A stretch of 64,000 nt of DNA from a virus. Its lineage: Duplodnaviria > Caudoviricetes. The notes beneath the pieces were generated by a model. It saw nothing but the letters and a program-made list of their open reading frames with translations. It was not told the DNA's origin and ran no database searches. Made by a program: the position numbers and the translations under genes. Within the stretch, counting starts at the first letter, position 1, and every line of letters starts with the position of its first letter. Of the stretch, positions 26,007 through 34,434 are shown piece after piece. The stretch spans positions 1 to 64,000 of IMG/VR virus record IMGVR_UViG_3300028048_000124. One strand, written 5' to 3'.

Positions 26007-28316
26007 TTATGCGGTCAATCCACCGGGCAATACCCCAGTGCCATATCCAAGCAACGCCGATAGGTTCTCTATGTTCACCCTGATTGTCCCATCCGACAAT
26101 ATCCTCTTAATCGCATTGACGGAATCTGAAATCTCATCCAATTTCTTTTGGGTATATGGACGCTCCACGGCCTGTGACACTGCGATGGCCGTTCCGTACT
26201 CGAACTTATCGAGCAACGCTGTGTTGTCCTCTCCCCAGGTCGTAGAACGGACGTTATATCCGGCGAGTGCGCCGACCATCTGAACGATTGAGTTCATCTT
26301 CGGGTCAAACAGGTCAACCAAGTAATTATAGATATCGGTTGCGTATTTCTCGTTCGATTCCTGTCTCTTTTGCTCCGCCGTTATCGCCGCGTCGTCCTGT
26401 GCCCCGGAAAGTGCCTGTTCGGCAATCTCGCCGCTGGCACTCTGTCCGCTATACGAACTCTGCGAGGTTCCCAACGCGGAACTCAATTTCCTTACAAGAG
26501 GCCTTCCGGTTTTCCTGTTTAGTTGGTTTCTGTATTCGGCGAAACCGCTTCCACGGCCTGTCGTGGTCAATGTCCTAAGTGCGTTTGCCCCACCGAAGTT
26601 CTGGTTCATCAATCCACCCATGTTGGTGGCGTTTCCAAGGCCGGTGAAGAAATCGCCGATTTTACCCAATGTGGAGACGCCGACGATACCGGTCTTGATT
26701 AAGTTTTCGACCGTTGTCTCCAAGTCGACCATGTTACCCATGATGGAGATTGCCGGAATCGCGATGCCGCCGGTGACGTTTTGAATCAAATCGGTTATCT
26801 GCCAGATTGCGTTAAGTCCGGCATTCGTTGCGATTCCCTGACCGATGCCGTATTTGATGTTGGTCATCATGTTGTTGAACTTCTCGGCAAGCGACGTTCT
26901 GCTGTCGATTTGCCCCAACTGATACTCCAACTCGCCTATTGCGTCGTTGAACCCCATAATGCTCTTACTCAATTCCGTGATGTCGTCAGCACCGAGGTTG
27001 ATTGATGCCCTCAAATCGGACATCGTCATGCCGAACACTGATGCGTATTGGCTTCTTACTACGTTGTTGTCGCTTGATGCGATTTCCTGCAAATACCCAA
27101 CCAACGACGCCATTAATCTGTTTACGTCGTTCGCCGCCATTCCACCCTGTGCCAATCCGGCATAGTCAAGACCTGCCCTGGATGCGGCCATGACCAAAAG
27201 GTTTTGCATCTCCGAGCCGACCTCCGTGATATTGCCGCTTGCCAACTGGCCCAAGGCCCCGGCGATTGACGAAATGGCATTGGACGACATACCGACGCTT
27301 GATAAGGCACCCAACCACTTTTGGACCTGATATTCAAATCCTATTGATGACTGTGCATCCATGGTCGCTGTGGCTTCCATCAACGCCTCGGTGACGGAAT
27401 CGAATTCGTTGCTTAGATATTCCGTATTCTGGAACTGTTCGTTCAAATACCTGGTTAGATATGCCTCCATACCCAAACGTGCGGCTGAGGAGTCGGCCTG
27501 TTGCAATCTGACTATCCTCAGCAAAGATGAGTTTGCGACCTCAAACGTCGTGGCAATCTTATCGCTGATTGTGTCCAAGAAAGCCCTTTGCTCGACGTTG
27601 AACGCGATGCCTTCGGCAACCAAGTCGTTCAAACTATCCAACATCTCAGACGTCTTGAAGTACGGTGACATCCCAAGTGTTCCGGTAAGTTTCTTCTCAA
27701 TCGCTGAGAAGGTCTTTTGTGAGCCCTGCAACCTAGTGTCGATTGCAGCCTGATATTCAGAGTATGCCGAAATGACGGCATTGATTTCCCCGCTTAACGC
27801 GTCGCCTAAATTCGCAAGACCCTTCGTGATGCTCTTCTTGGTGTCTTCTAGGCTACCCTTGAGAGTATCGAGGTTCTCCTTGAGGTCTGCCTTAATCGTA
27901 TCCTTGATTTGCTGTCCTTTTGATTTATCGGTTCCATCCTCGTTGATGGATGCCCTCAACTTGGCAATCTCAAGTTCCCTATCAAGTTGCTTATCCTGCT
28001 TCTCACGCTCTTTTTGGGCTTGTTTGCCATACTCCTTGAAATATTCTATGACAGCCTTCTTGGCCGCTATGGCATCATCCCTATCCTGTTTCTGCTTATA
28101 GTCCCTTAGGAACTTTGCCCTAAACGCCTCAGTGACCTTGATATTGTTTTGTTGCAAACCCAAAACAAAGGCAGCGAGTGCTTCCTCCTGCTTCTCTCGT
28201 TCTTCCTTTTCCTTCTGACGCCTTTTCTTATCGTTTTTGATGCCAACCTGAAGAAGCATATCCTCAACGGTTACAGCATCGTCGATTGTCTCGGGTCTGC
28301 CACTTTTTCTTGCCAT
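26007..28316 (-). CDS. tape measure protein
   Basis: 769 aa, helical, Ala/Gly/Ser-rich, directly after the tail chaperone. Confidence 0.75.
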   Translation of the reverse strand: MARKSGRPETIDDAVTVEDMLLQVGIKNDKKRRQKEKEEREKQEEALAAFVLGLQQNNIKVTEAFRAKFLRDYKQKQDRDDAIAAKKAVIEYFKEYGKQAQKEREKQDKQLDRELEIAKLRASINEDGTDKSKGQQIKDTIKADLKENLDTLKGSLEDTKKSITKGLANLGDALSGEINAVISAYSEYQAAIDTRLQGSQKTFSAIEKKLTGTLGMSPYFKTSEMLDSLNDLVAEGIAFNVEQRAFLDTISDKIATTFEVANSSLLRIVRLQQADSSAARLGMEAYLTRYLNEQFQNTEYLSNEFDSVTEALMEATATMDAQSSIGFEYQVQKWLGALSSVGMSSNAISSIAGALGQLASGNITEVGSEMQNLLVMAASRAGLDYAGLAQGGMAANDVNRLMASLVGYLQEIASSDNNVVRSQYASVFGMTMSDLRASINLGADDITELSKSIMGFNDAIGELEYQLGQIDSRTSLAEKFNNMMTNIKYGIGQGIATNAGLNAIWQITDLIQNVTGGIAIPAISIMGNMVDLETTVENLIKTGIVGVSTLGKIGDFFTGLGNATNMGGLMNQNFGGANALRTLTTTGRGSGFAEYRNQLNRKTGRPLVRKLSSALGTSQSSYSGQSASGEIAEQALSGAQDDAAITAEQKRQESNEKYATDIYNYLVDLFDPKMNSIVQMVGALAGYNVRSTTWGEDNTALLDKFEYGTAIAVSQAVERPYTQKKLDEISDSVNAIKRILSDGTIRVNIENLSALLGYGTGVLPGGLTA

Positions 28317-28327
28317 AGACTATCTCC

Positions 28328-28558
28328 TTAATTCCCTGCCTTCGCAGATGCTCTTGCCCTTTCGATTTGCTCTTGTTGTCTCTGGTACTCCGCTTGCAGG
28401 AAGTCCAGGTAATACTCCCTTTCGACCGGCGTCATACCCATCACATCGGAATATGTGACACCGGCGTTTTTCGTGAGTGTGTAACACTCGTTTACGATTT
28501 GTTTATACCTAATCGGCCCGTATGGTTTCCCATCGCTAGTCAATTGAGGGTCCAAAAA
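28328..28558 (-). CDS. tail assembly chaperone extension (gp51/GT-like), probably reached by frameshift
   Basis: YSDVMGMTPVEREYYLDFL motif. No SD plus start codon ahead of the conserved part. Overlaps the end of the upstream chaperone at a T6 run. Confidence 0.55.
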   Translation of the reverse strand, partial: FLDPQLTSDGKPYGPIRYKQIVNECYTLTKNAGVTYSDVMGMTPVEREYYLDFLQAEYQRQQEQIERARASAKAGN

Positions 28559-29300
28559 ATTCAGGTGTGAAGCGAAACGTGGTGACCACATTGTAACCAC
28601 ATGAGCCACACTTTGCCACAACAGAAGTGTCTAGGCCTACCTTTCCGTTTAACTTTCTGGCAGTCTGTAAGAGCACGTTGGCGTCCCTCATCGGGAGTTT
28701 TCTTACAAAGGTCTCCAATGCCGCGGCATTTGGAATCTCGCCGTCAACCCTATAAATCAATGATTCGAGGGTTACCATCAAACCGGGGTCATAGGTTAAG
28801 TCAGGTGATTTCCTCTTGATTTCCTTTACCCTAGCCTCGTTCTGGTCGAGAATCCTTGGGGTTTGAATCCTGAGTTCGATTTCCTTGCCGGTCTGAGGCA
28901 ACTTGACCTTCCTCAACTTATTGATTTCCTCTTCGTTATATTCAAGGACCGTGAGGTCATCCAAGTTGATGTTGACCACAGTCGACTCACCGCAATTGGG
29001 GCAACTGATGACCATCTTGTAATCGGGTCCGTATGTGACGACCCTCAACTTATGCAATAGGAATTGATAGTCGCCGACGCATAGGTCATAGACATGCATT
29101 CCAATAGGAGTCGTCAAGCATGACTCAATCAAATCGCTCATCACCTTATAAGGTGTGTCCGTTTGGGAGAGCCTCTTCATCTCCTCAATCGTCGTCATCG
29201 AACGAATCGTCACGTGCGGGTCTATTGGCGTATCGTAAATCTTTCCCTGCGATGGCAAGATGTATGATTCCGATATAGTATAATTACTAGCATTACTCAT
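28536..29300 (-). CDS. tail/baseplate hub assembly chaperone (T4 gp26-like)
   Basis: LPSQG, IRSMTTIEE, DYQFLLHKLR, CPNCG and CGSCG Zn pairs. Start MSNASNY at 29300. Confidence 0.75.
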   Translation of the reverse strand: MSNASNYTISESYILPSQGKIYDTPIDPHVTIRSMTTIEEMKRLSQTDTPYKVMSDLIESCLTTPIGMHVYDLCVGDYQFLLHKLRVVTYGPDYKMVISCPNCGESTVVNINLDDLTVLEYNEEEINKLRKVKLPQTGKEIELRIQTPRILDQNEARVKEIKRKSPDLTYDPGLMVTLESLIYRVDGEIPNAAALETFVRKLPMRDANVLLQTARKLNGKVGLDTSVVAKCGSCGYNVVTTFRFTPEFFGPSID

Positions 29301-29316
29301 TGTCTTTTGCTTCCTT

Positions 29317-29538
29317 TCATTCATTATCCATATCATTTAATTTAGCAACGATATTGGTGCTCTCATTTGATTGTGGTGAGAGTAGCCACGAATTCAAGAC
29401 AACCCTAATCAGCGTCGAAATCGTCATGCACTCGCGGTCTGCCACCTTCTTCAGGTTGGCATACATCTCCATCGGCAATTGGACTCCGACAATCTTCTTC
29501 TCCGCCGGTTTCGTCGTTTCCTGTATGTGTAGTTCCAT
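29317..29538 (-). CDS. ribbon-helix-helix (CopG-like) DNA-binding protein
   Basis: VGVQLP..MYANLKKVADRECMTISTLIRVVL. Confidence 0.65.
   Translation of the reverse strand: MELHIQETTKPAEKKIVGVQLPMEMYANLKKVADRECMTISTLIRVVLNSWLLSPQSNESTNIVAKLNDMDNE
29333..29347 (-). promoter_or_regulatory. candidate late promoter
   Basis: Exact motif before the tail chaperone. Confidence 0.75.
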
Positions 29539-29560
29539 AGTAGTAAGGTTCCTTTCCTGT

Positions 29561-29575
29561 ACAACTAATTTAGCA
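29561..29575 (-). promoter_or_regulatory. candidate late promoter (variant)
   Basis: TGCTAAATTAGTTGT before the RHH gene. Confidence 0.6.
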
Positions 29576-29611
29576 CCGATATTTTTTAAAAAATTTTAAA
29601 AAATTTAAAAA

Positions 29612-29641
29612 CAAAATAAAAGAGCAGCGATTAAACTGCTC
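29612..29641 (-). terminator. intrinsic terminator after the tail tube gene
   Basis: GAGCAG/CTGCTC stem plus TTTTATTTT. Confidence 0.75.
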
Positions 29642-29663
29642 AAATTATTCATTGTTTTGGGAT

Positions 29664-30308
29664 TTATTCAGCGGGTTTGATTTCATCGCCGATGACAGGG
29701 AATGCCTTGTCGTATCTGATTGTCGCGGTGATGGTTCTCTTGCTGTTGTCTTCCATTGAGTACTCAGGTTCCGAGATGCCTTTTACCCAACATCCCTTCA
29801 ATTCCCAGGTACGGACCAATTCGTAGTCCGGGGTGTATTCCATCAAGAGGCAATCCCTCTTGTAGTCTTTCATACGACCGACCTTCTCGGTTCTTGCGTC
29901 GTATGATAGTTTCTGCCAAGCCAATAAGACCGATTTGGATTGTGCGCCGATGAAGTCGTTGACTTCCAACGTCCCATCGCCAAACGTGGGAACGCCTGCG
30001 GCGTACATCTTATCGTTGCCCCTGGTCACGACGATTTCCTCTTGCGTGAAGTGGGGAACGCTTGCCTTGACGACCGACAACCTGATTGATTCCTTGGCAT
30101 CTTCCAACTCAATCTTGTCTTCCGGTTGCGCGTTTGTTCTGTCCCTGGTGATACCTGCCCTTAAAAGTGGGTCGTTTTCCCTGGGTTTCTTAGTAACGGG
30201 GTCAACTCCGTCGAATTGAATAACGAATTCGAAGTTATTAGAACGAGCGACCTCGAACTTCTCAGGGTTATCAGCCAAGTGATATGTACCGATTTTTTCT
30301 GCTGCCAT
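29664..30308 (-). CDS. tail tube protein (gp19-like)
   Basis: RSNNFEF, YAAGVPTF, WELKGCW motifs. Follows the sheath gene. Confidence 0.85.
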   Translation of the reverse strand: MAAEKIGTYHLADNPEKFEVARSNNFEFVIQFDGVDPVTKKPRENDPLLRAGITRDRTNAQPEDKIELEDAKESIRLSVVKASVPHFTQEEIVVTRGNDKMYAAGVPTFGDGTLEVNDFIGAQSKSVLLAWQKLSYDARTEKVGRMKDYKRDCLLMEYTPDYELVRTWELKGCWVKGISEPEYSMEDNSKRTITATIRYDKAFPVIGDEIKPAE

Positions 30309-30329
30309 AGTTATAATTTCTCCTTATCA

Positions 30330-31469
30330 TTATTCACTGACGGATGCTCTGTTGTCGTTGTCGAGAACGATTGTCAACTCGAAGTCTTCGACTGCCTCGA
30401 TAGGAGTGATGACTACCCTTGCCTTCAACCTTGCCTTAGCGTCAGTCGCTTCCTTGACGATGTTATAGGAAGTGATGCCCTGTCCGGACAACATCGAATC
30501 GAGCATAGGGGTCAATAGACCCTTAAACGTTGCCCAAAGAATATCCGAGTTTTGTTCGAATGTCAATTTTCTTGATGCCGAGTATAATGTCTTGCTGATT
30601 TCGCAAACGAGGTTCCTGACGTTCAAGAACGATGTAGCCTTCGTGGCACCGTCATTCTTCTTCAAGGTTCTGTTTCCGTAAATCATATAACCATAAGGTC
30701 TGACATAGCAAATCGGGTTGACCGCGACGCCGATGTTATCACCTTCGCCATCCAATTCCTCAGCCCTGCATTGCAGGATATCCTGAGCGGCCGTTCCGTA
30801 TTCGACCAAAGGTGCGGTCAAATTGGGAACGGTGCCCCTCAAAGCACCGGCAGTTGCGAACCAGACAGGATTGGAGACGATTGAAGCGGCATATGCACTC
30901 AAGAACGCGAATGAACCGGGAAGTTCATTTGTAGCGGAATCGCCATCGATTGATAACTTTGTGAATTTGCACCAAGGGGCGAACATTGCGCCGAACTCAC
31001 CGTTGCCGAGGTTTTGGACCAAGTTATGGACAAGCGTTGCGTTCACGGTTGCCTTCGGGGCATCCAACAATGCGAAGCAATCTCCCCTTGCAGCAGCACA
31101 TGAAAGCATGTCCTGATAGATTTCGCTCTTTCCGGCGAAGTCCCCAGCCGTGATGAATCTGATGTCATATAATGACTTATCGCGCAATCCTTCCCTTCCG
31201 AAATCGATGCTTGATTCTGCCTCGACAGCATCAACTAAAACCCTCATGCCCAAAGCGAGAAGCCTGTAGGCCATGCTCCAGCCAATACCGGTATTCGTTT
31301 CCCCGCAGCCATCTGTGACGCTCATGAAGTCGTCGATTGTCGTGAACAAAGTGGGCTTCGTGATTTTGATGCTTGCAGCCTTCTTCAAAGGAATGTATAC
31401 GGTATTGTCTACACCAGGTAATACGGAAGAGCCAGTATTGTCTAATTCTTTGATTTTAATTTTTGGCAT
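30330..31469 (-). CDS. tail sheath protein (gp18-like), compact 379 aa
   Basis: WFATAGALRG, VNPI, YGNRTL, LNVRNL, LTFEQN, ITPIEAVE motifs. Confidence 0.9.
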   Translation of the reverse strand: MPKIKIKELDNTGSSVLPGVDNTVYIPLKKAASIKITKPTLFTTIDDFMSVTDGCGETNTGIGWSMAYRLLALGMRVLVDAVEAESSIDFGREGLRDKSLYDIRFITAGDFAGKSEIYQDMLSCAAARGDCFALLDAPKATVNATLVHNLVQNLGNGEFGAMFAPWCKFTKLSIDGDSATNELPGSFAFLSAYAASIVSNPVWFATAGALRGTVPNLTAPLVEYGTAAQDILQCRAEELDGEGDNIGVAVNPICYVRPYGYMIYGNRTLKKNDGATKATSFLNVRNLVCEISKTLYSASRKLTFEQNSDILWATFKGLLTPMLDSMLSGQGITSYNIVKEATDAKARLKARVVITPIEAVEDFELTIVLDNDNRASVSE

Positions 31470-31507
31470 ATATTCTCTTTCTCCTTAATCTGATTGAATT
31501 CTGCTGT

Positions 31508-31546
31508 TCATTTAATTTAGCACAAACATTATCATTTAATTTAGCG
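31508..31546 (-). promoter_or_regulatory. tandem candidate late promoters
   Basis: Exact motif at 31508-31522 and a one-mismatch copy at 31532-31546, before the sheath gene. Confidence 0.75.
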
Positions 31547-31552
31547 ATAATT

Positions 31553-32209
31553 TTACCTCTTGTTTCCATTGTCAAGGGGTATCTCGTGAACCTCGTCCTC
31601 CGTCGAAGGCGTGCCATCCGTGTGGACTCTTACCTCCGCGGCGACGACTTTCTTGACGTCCTTGATTGGGATATTGAACAAGTAGCAGTCATCAATGTAA
31701 AGTTTTATTGTGAATCTGGTGAACTGACCAGAGAACAATCTTTGCGGGATGTCGCTCGTATCGGAGATGGTTTCCTCCATCCTGACGTTTGCGACGTGTT
31801 CCTCGTCTACTCCGTTGTATTTCAGATGGACGGTCATCTTCGGGTAGTTTATGATGTTGAAGATGAAGTTCCTCAAATACTCATCGGCCTCCCAGAACTC
31901 CTTCGTATAGATGTCAAGTTGGTATCTTACGTTGATTGGAATTGCCGTAACTGCCGTCGTTTTGTTTTGGTTCGCGGCAATCCTTCCGCCGCTGAAGGAC
32001 AGTGCCCTTTTGTTTGTCTGAAGGATATCTATATCGCTGTCCCTGCTTAACGCGATAAGAGGTAAGGTAATGGGTTTATCGTCTGTCTTGTCCGCGACGA
32101 CTTGGAATAATCTGGCTGTTTCGTTCGGTTTCAGGATTGTCATGTTCTCATCCTTAACCCAACCTTTTATCTTTTCAAACAATGCGTCATCGATGTGTCT
32201 TACTCCCAT
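31553..32209 (-). CDS. tail terminator / sheath stabiliser (gp15-like)
   Basis: LPLIALSR, IPINVRYQLDIY pattern. Lies upstream of the sheath gene. Confidence 0.65.
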   Translation of the reverse strand: MGVRHIDDALFEKIKGWVKDENMTILKPNETARLFQVVADKTDDKPITLPLIALSRDSDIDILQTNKRALSFSGGRIAANQNKTTAVTAIPINVRYQLDIYTKEFWEADEYLRNFIFNIINYPKMTVHLKYNGVDEEHVANVRMEETISDTSDIPQRLFSGQFTRFTIKLYIDDCYLFNIPIKDVKKVVAAEVRVHTDGTPSTEDEVHEIPLDNGNKR

Positions 32210-32607
32210 TATTGCACCTCATTTCTTGCTTCGTATACCCTTCTTATCGTCAACATGTTCTCGGAGATGGCGTCGAACACCGACCCCAGAACATCATATC
32301 CCTTAACATCTGCTGTCCCGAACTTAAACAGGGATGCCAATGTGTCGAGATTGTATTTCGAGTTGGGGAACATCTTGTTCTTATCGACCTCAAGAACGTA
32401 CTTACCTCCGACCTTATAGGCCTTCAGGTTATGGACGATGTACACAAGCACATCGTACATATCCCCGCCTATTCCCAACTCCCTGAGTTTTCGGTTCATC
32501 GCACGTGCCCTGGCCTTACTGTAATAATCGCCGATATAGGCTTCGATAAGGGAAGGTATGTATTGCGTCGCGAATATCCTTGAGGGTGAATCGAGGACAA
32601 GTCTCAT
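32209..32607 (-). CDS. hypothetical protein (neck region)
   Basis: 132 aa, coupled overlaps with neighbours. Confidence 0.6.
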   Translation of the reverse strand: MRLVLDSPSRIFATQYIPSLIEAYIGDYYSKARARAMNRKLRELGIGGDMYDVLVYIVHNLKAYKVGGKYVLEVDKNKMFPNSKYNLDTLASLFKFGTADVKGYDVLGSVFDAISENMLTIRRVYEARNEVQ

Positions 32608-32611
32608 AGGC

Positions 32612-33931
32612 TTACCTCTTCAAATCATATAAGACGTAGGACAATATTTCATCGTCAGTCAATCCACTGCCCTTTAGTCTCTCAATTCCCTGTTGAATGG
32701 CTGTCTTCCTAGCACCGTTCCTCAATCTCTTGACGGGATTGCCGTTCACGACATATGAACCGCTGGATTTAACGACTGCGGAAGTCGTCGTTTTCTTTGA
32801 TTTGTCCTCCGCGGACAACTGGTCTTTTCTGGTAATGATTTCATTTAAGTTTGCGATTGTGTGGTCTTTCGGACTCTTCGATACGGTGCAAGAAGCCAAC
32901 AACAATCTGTCATTCGCCTTCGACAAATCCAACTTCTGGCCTCCGACGATTGTCTTTGCCGCTGCGGCATTTAGGTTCTCATATCCATCCAATACCCACT
33001 CGAATACATCGAATATCTCAGATGCTTCTGACCACTTCAACGTTCCTGTCAAATAATTGCTTGCATTCGGTCCGTGCAACAATAGGAAATCATATCTGCT
33101 GTTCGGTCCAACCAGGTCTTTTCTTTCCAATTCCCCGCCGCTGTATAGGTTATTCAAAATCGTAAAACCGCTTCTGGTTATATCGACTCTGCACCTAATA
33201 AGGAACTTAAGAATAGGATTGTTGACAGATATGTCGGATTGTATGACCGAACCAATCAACAAATCCAAATAACCGTATGATTTCAACGTGTTCAATCCGG
33301 ATAAATCAGCCGGAGTCGTTCCGTCTTTATATGCAGTTTTTCCAAACAATACTTCGCTAATCATGGCGGCAACGACGGCATCCTGCTCGGTGGCGGCATA
33401 GTTTCCGCCCTCACGTCTGTCCGTCTCCTCGTAATCGGCCACCTTGACGCCCTTTGTGTTCTTCGCGGCCTGCACTATCCAAATAGCGTCTTCTCTATTG
33501 AATTTGCTTGCCTTTGCCCTATCCTTTTCGATTACGAACCTATATTTCCCGTTGTTTATCGGTGCTGAACCTGTGGTGCCGTAAACTGGAAGGAACCCTT
33601 CAATCGGGAAGGATTTAATCGACTTATCGAAAGACGTACCGCTTTCCAACTTCAAATATCCCTCTGACGCCGTTTTCGCGTAGTCGACGTTATTGCCGTT
33701 GAAAAACCTCGACATATCCTTTTGCTCCGGTGCGAATTCGACGTATATCGCATACAAAACCTCGCCCGAGGATGTGTTTATGTCCGCCTGGGCAAAGGCC
33801 TCTTCCCATCTTCCGGCCTTCATCAACGCAATCGTGTCGTTACTAAAATTGACGTCTTTGAAGTCCTTGCTCTGAAACGTCCTTTTTTCGGTTAAGACCG
33901 TTTTCGATTCATTCAGTTTATTCAAAAGCAT
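32612..33931 (-). CDS. hypothetical virion-associated protein
   Basis: 439 aa, N-terminal KLNE/VLTE motifs. Confidence 0.6.
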   Translation of the reverse strand: MLLNKLNESKTVLTEKRTFQSKDFKDVNFSNDTIALMKAGRWEEAFAQADINTSSGEVLYAIYVEFAPEQKDMSRFFNGNNVDYAKTASEGYLKLESGTSFDKSIKSFPIEGFLPVYGTTGSAPINNGKYRFVIEKDRAKASKFNREDAIWIVQAAKNTKGVKVADYEETDRREGGNYAATEQDAVVAAMISEVLFGKTAYKDGTTPADLSGLNTLKSYGYLDLLIGSVIQSDISVNNPILKFLIRCRVDITRSGFTILNNLYSGGELERKDLVGPNSRYDFLLLHGPNASNYLTGTLKWSEASEIFDVFEWVLDGYENLNAAAAKTIVGGQKLDLSKANDRLLLASCTVSKSPKDHTIANLNEIITRKDQLSAEDKSKKTTTSAVVKSSGSYVVNGNPVKRLRNGARKTAIQQGIERLKGSGLTDDEILSYVLYDLKR

Positions 33932-33933
33932 TA

Positions 33934-34434
33934 TCAGTCGTCCTCCTCGTTGTTCAATAGGTTGAAGTCGTTATCTTCGTGTTCTGCCTGTCCCTTTTCG
34001 AAGACGTCCTCGAACTCAGGTGCCAACTCACACGCGATGCTTGCCGGATACACCGATTTCATCGACATCTTGACGACACGGAACACCCTACCATCAGAGT
34101 TATCGATTCCACTTGGGAGAATGAACAATGCACCGACTTGCAGATTCTTTAGGTTATACGGGACGTAGATAACCGGGGCGGTATCGTTTTGCTCTGCGTT
34201 CCACCCCAGTTTCTTCATCGTCCATATCGTCGGGTGTTCGTCGAAGATGCATCCGACTACCACAGGCTCATAGTAAAAGGTGTCAAGTTCCCCATACCTA
34301 TCCCAGGTCTTGCCTTCCCTCGGGGCACGGTATATCACCATGATTCCCAAGAGCCTGCACATTTCCTCGAAATACTGTCTGTGCAACTTGATATTGTCAG
34401 CGTTTAACAATAATCCTGTGCTTGAGTTTTCCAT
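33934..34434 (-). CDS. neck protein (gp14-like head closure)
   Basis: IYRAPR, KKLGW, GALFILP, VFRVV pattern. Position fits. Confidence 0.55.
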   Translation of the reverse strand: MENSSTGLLLNADNIKLHRQYFEEMCRLLGIMVIYRAPREGKTWDRYGELDTFYYEPVVVGCIFDEHPTIWTMKKLGWNAEQNDTAPVIYVPYNLKNLQVGALFILPSGIDNSDGRVFRVVKMSMKSVYPASIACELAPEFEDVFEKGQAEHEDNDFNLLNNEEDD

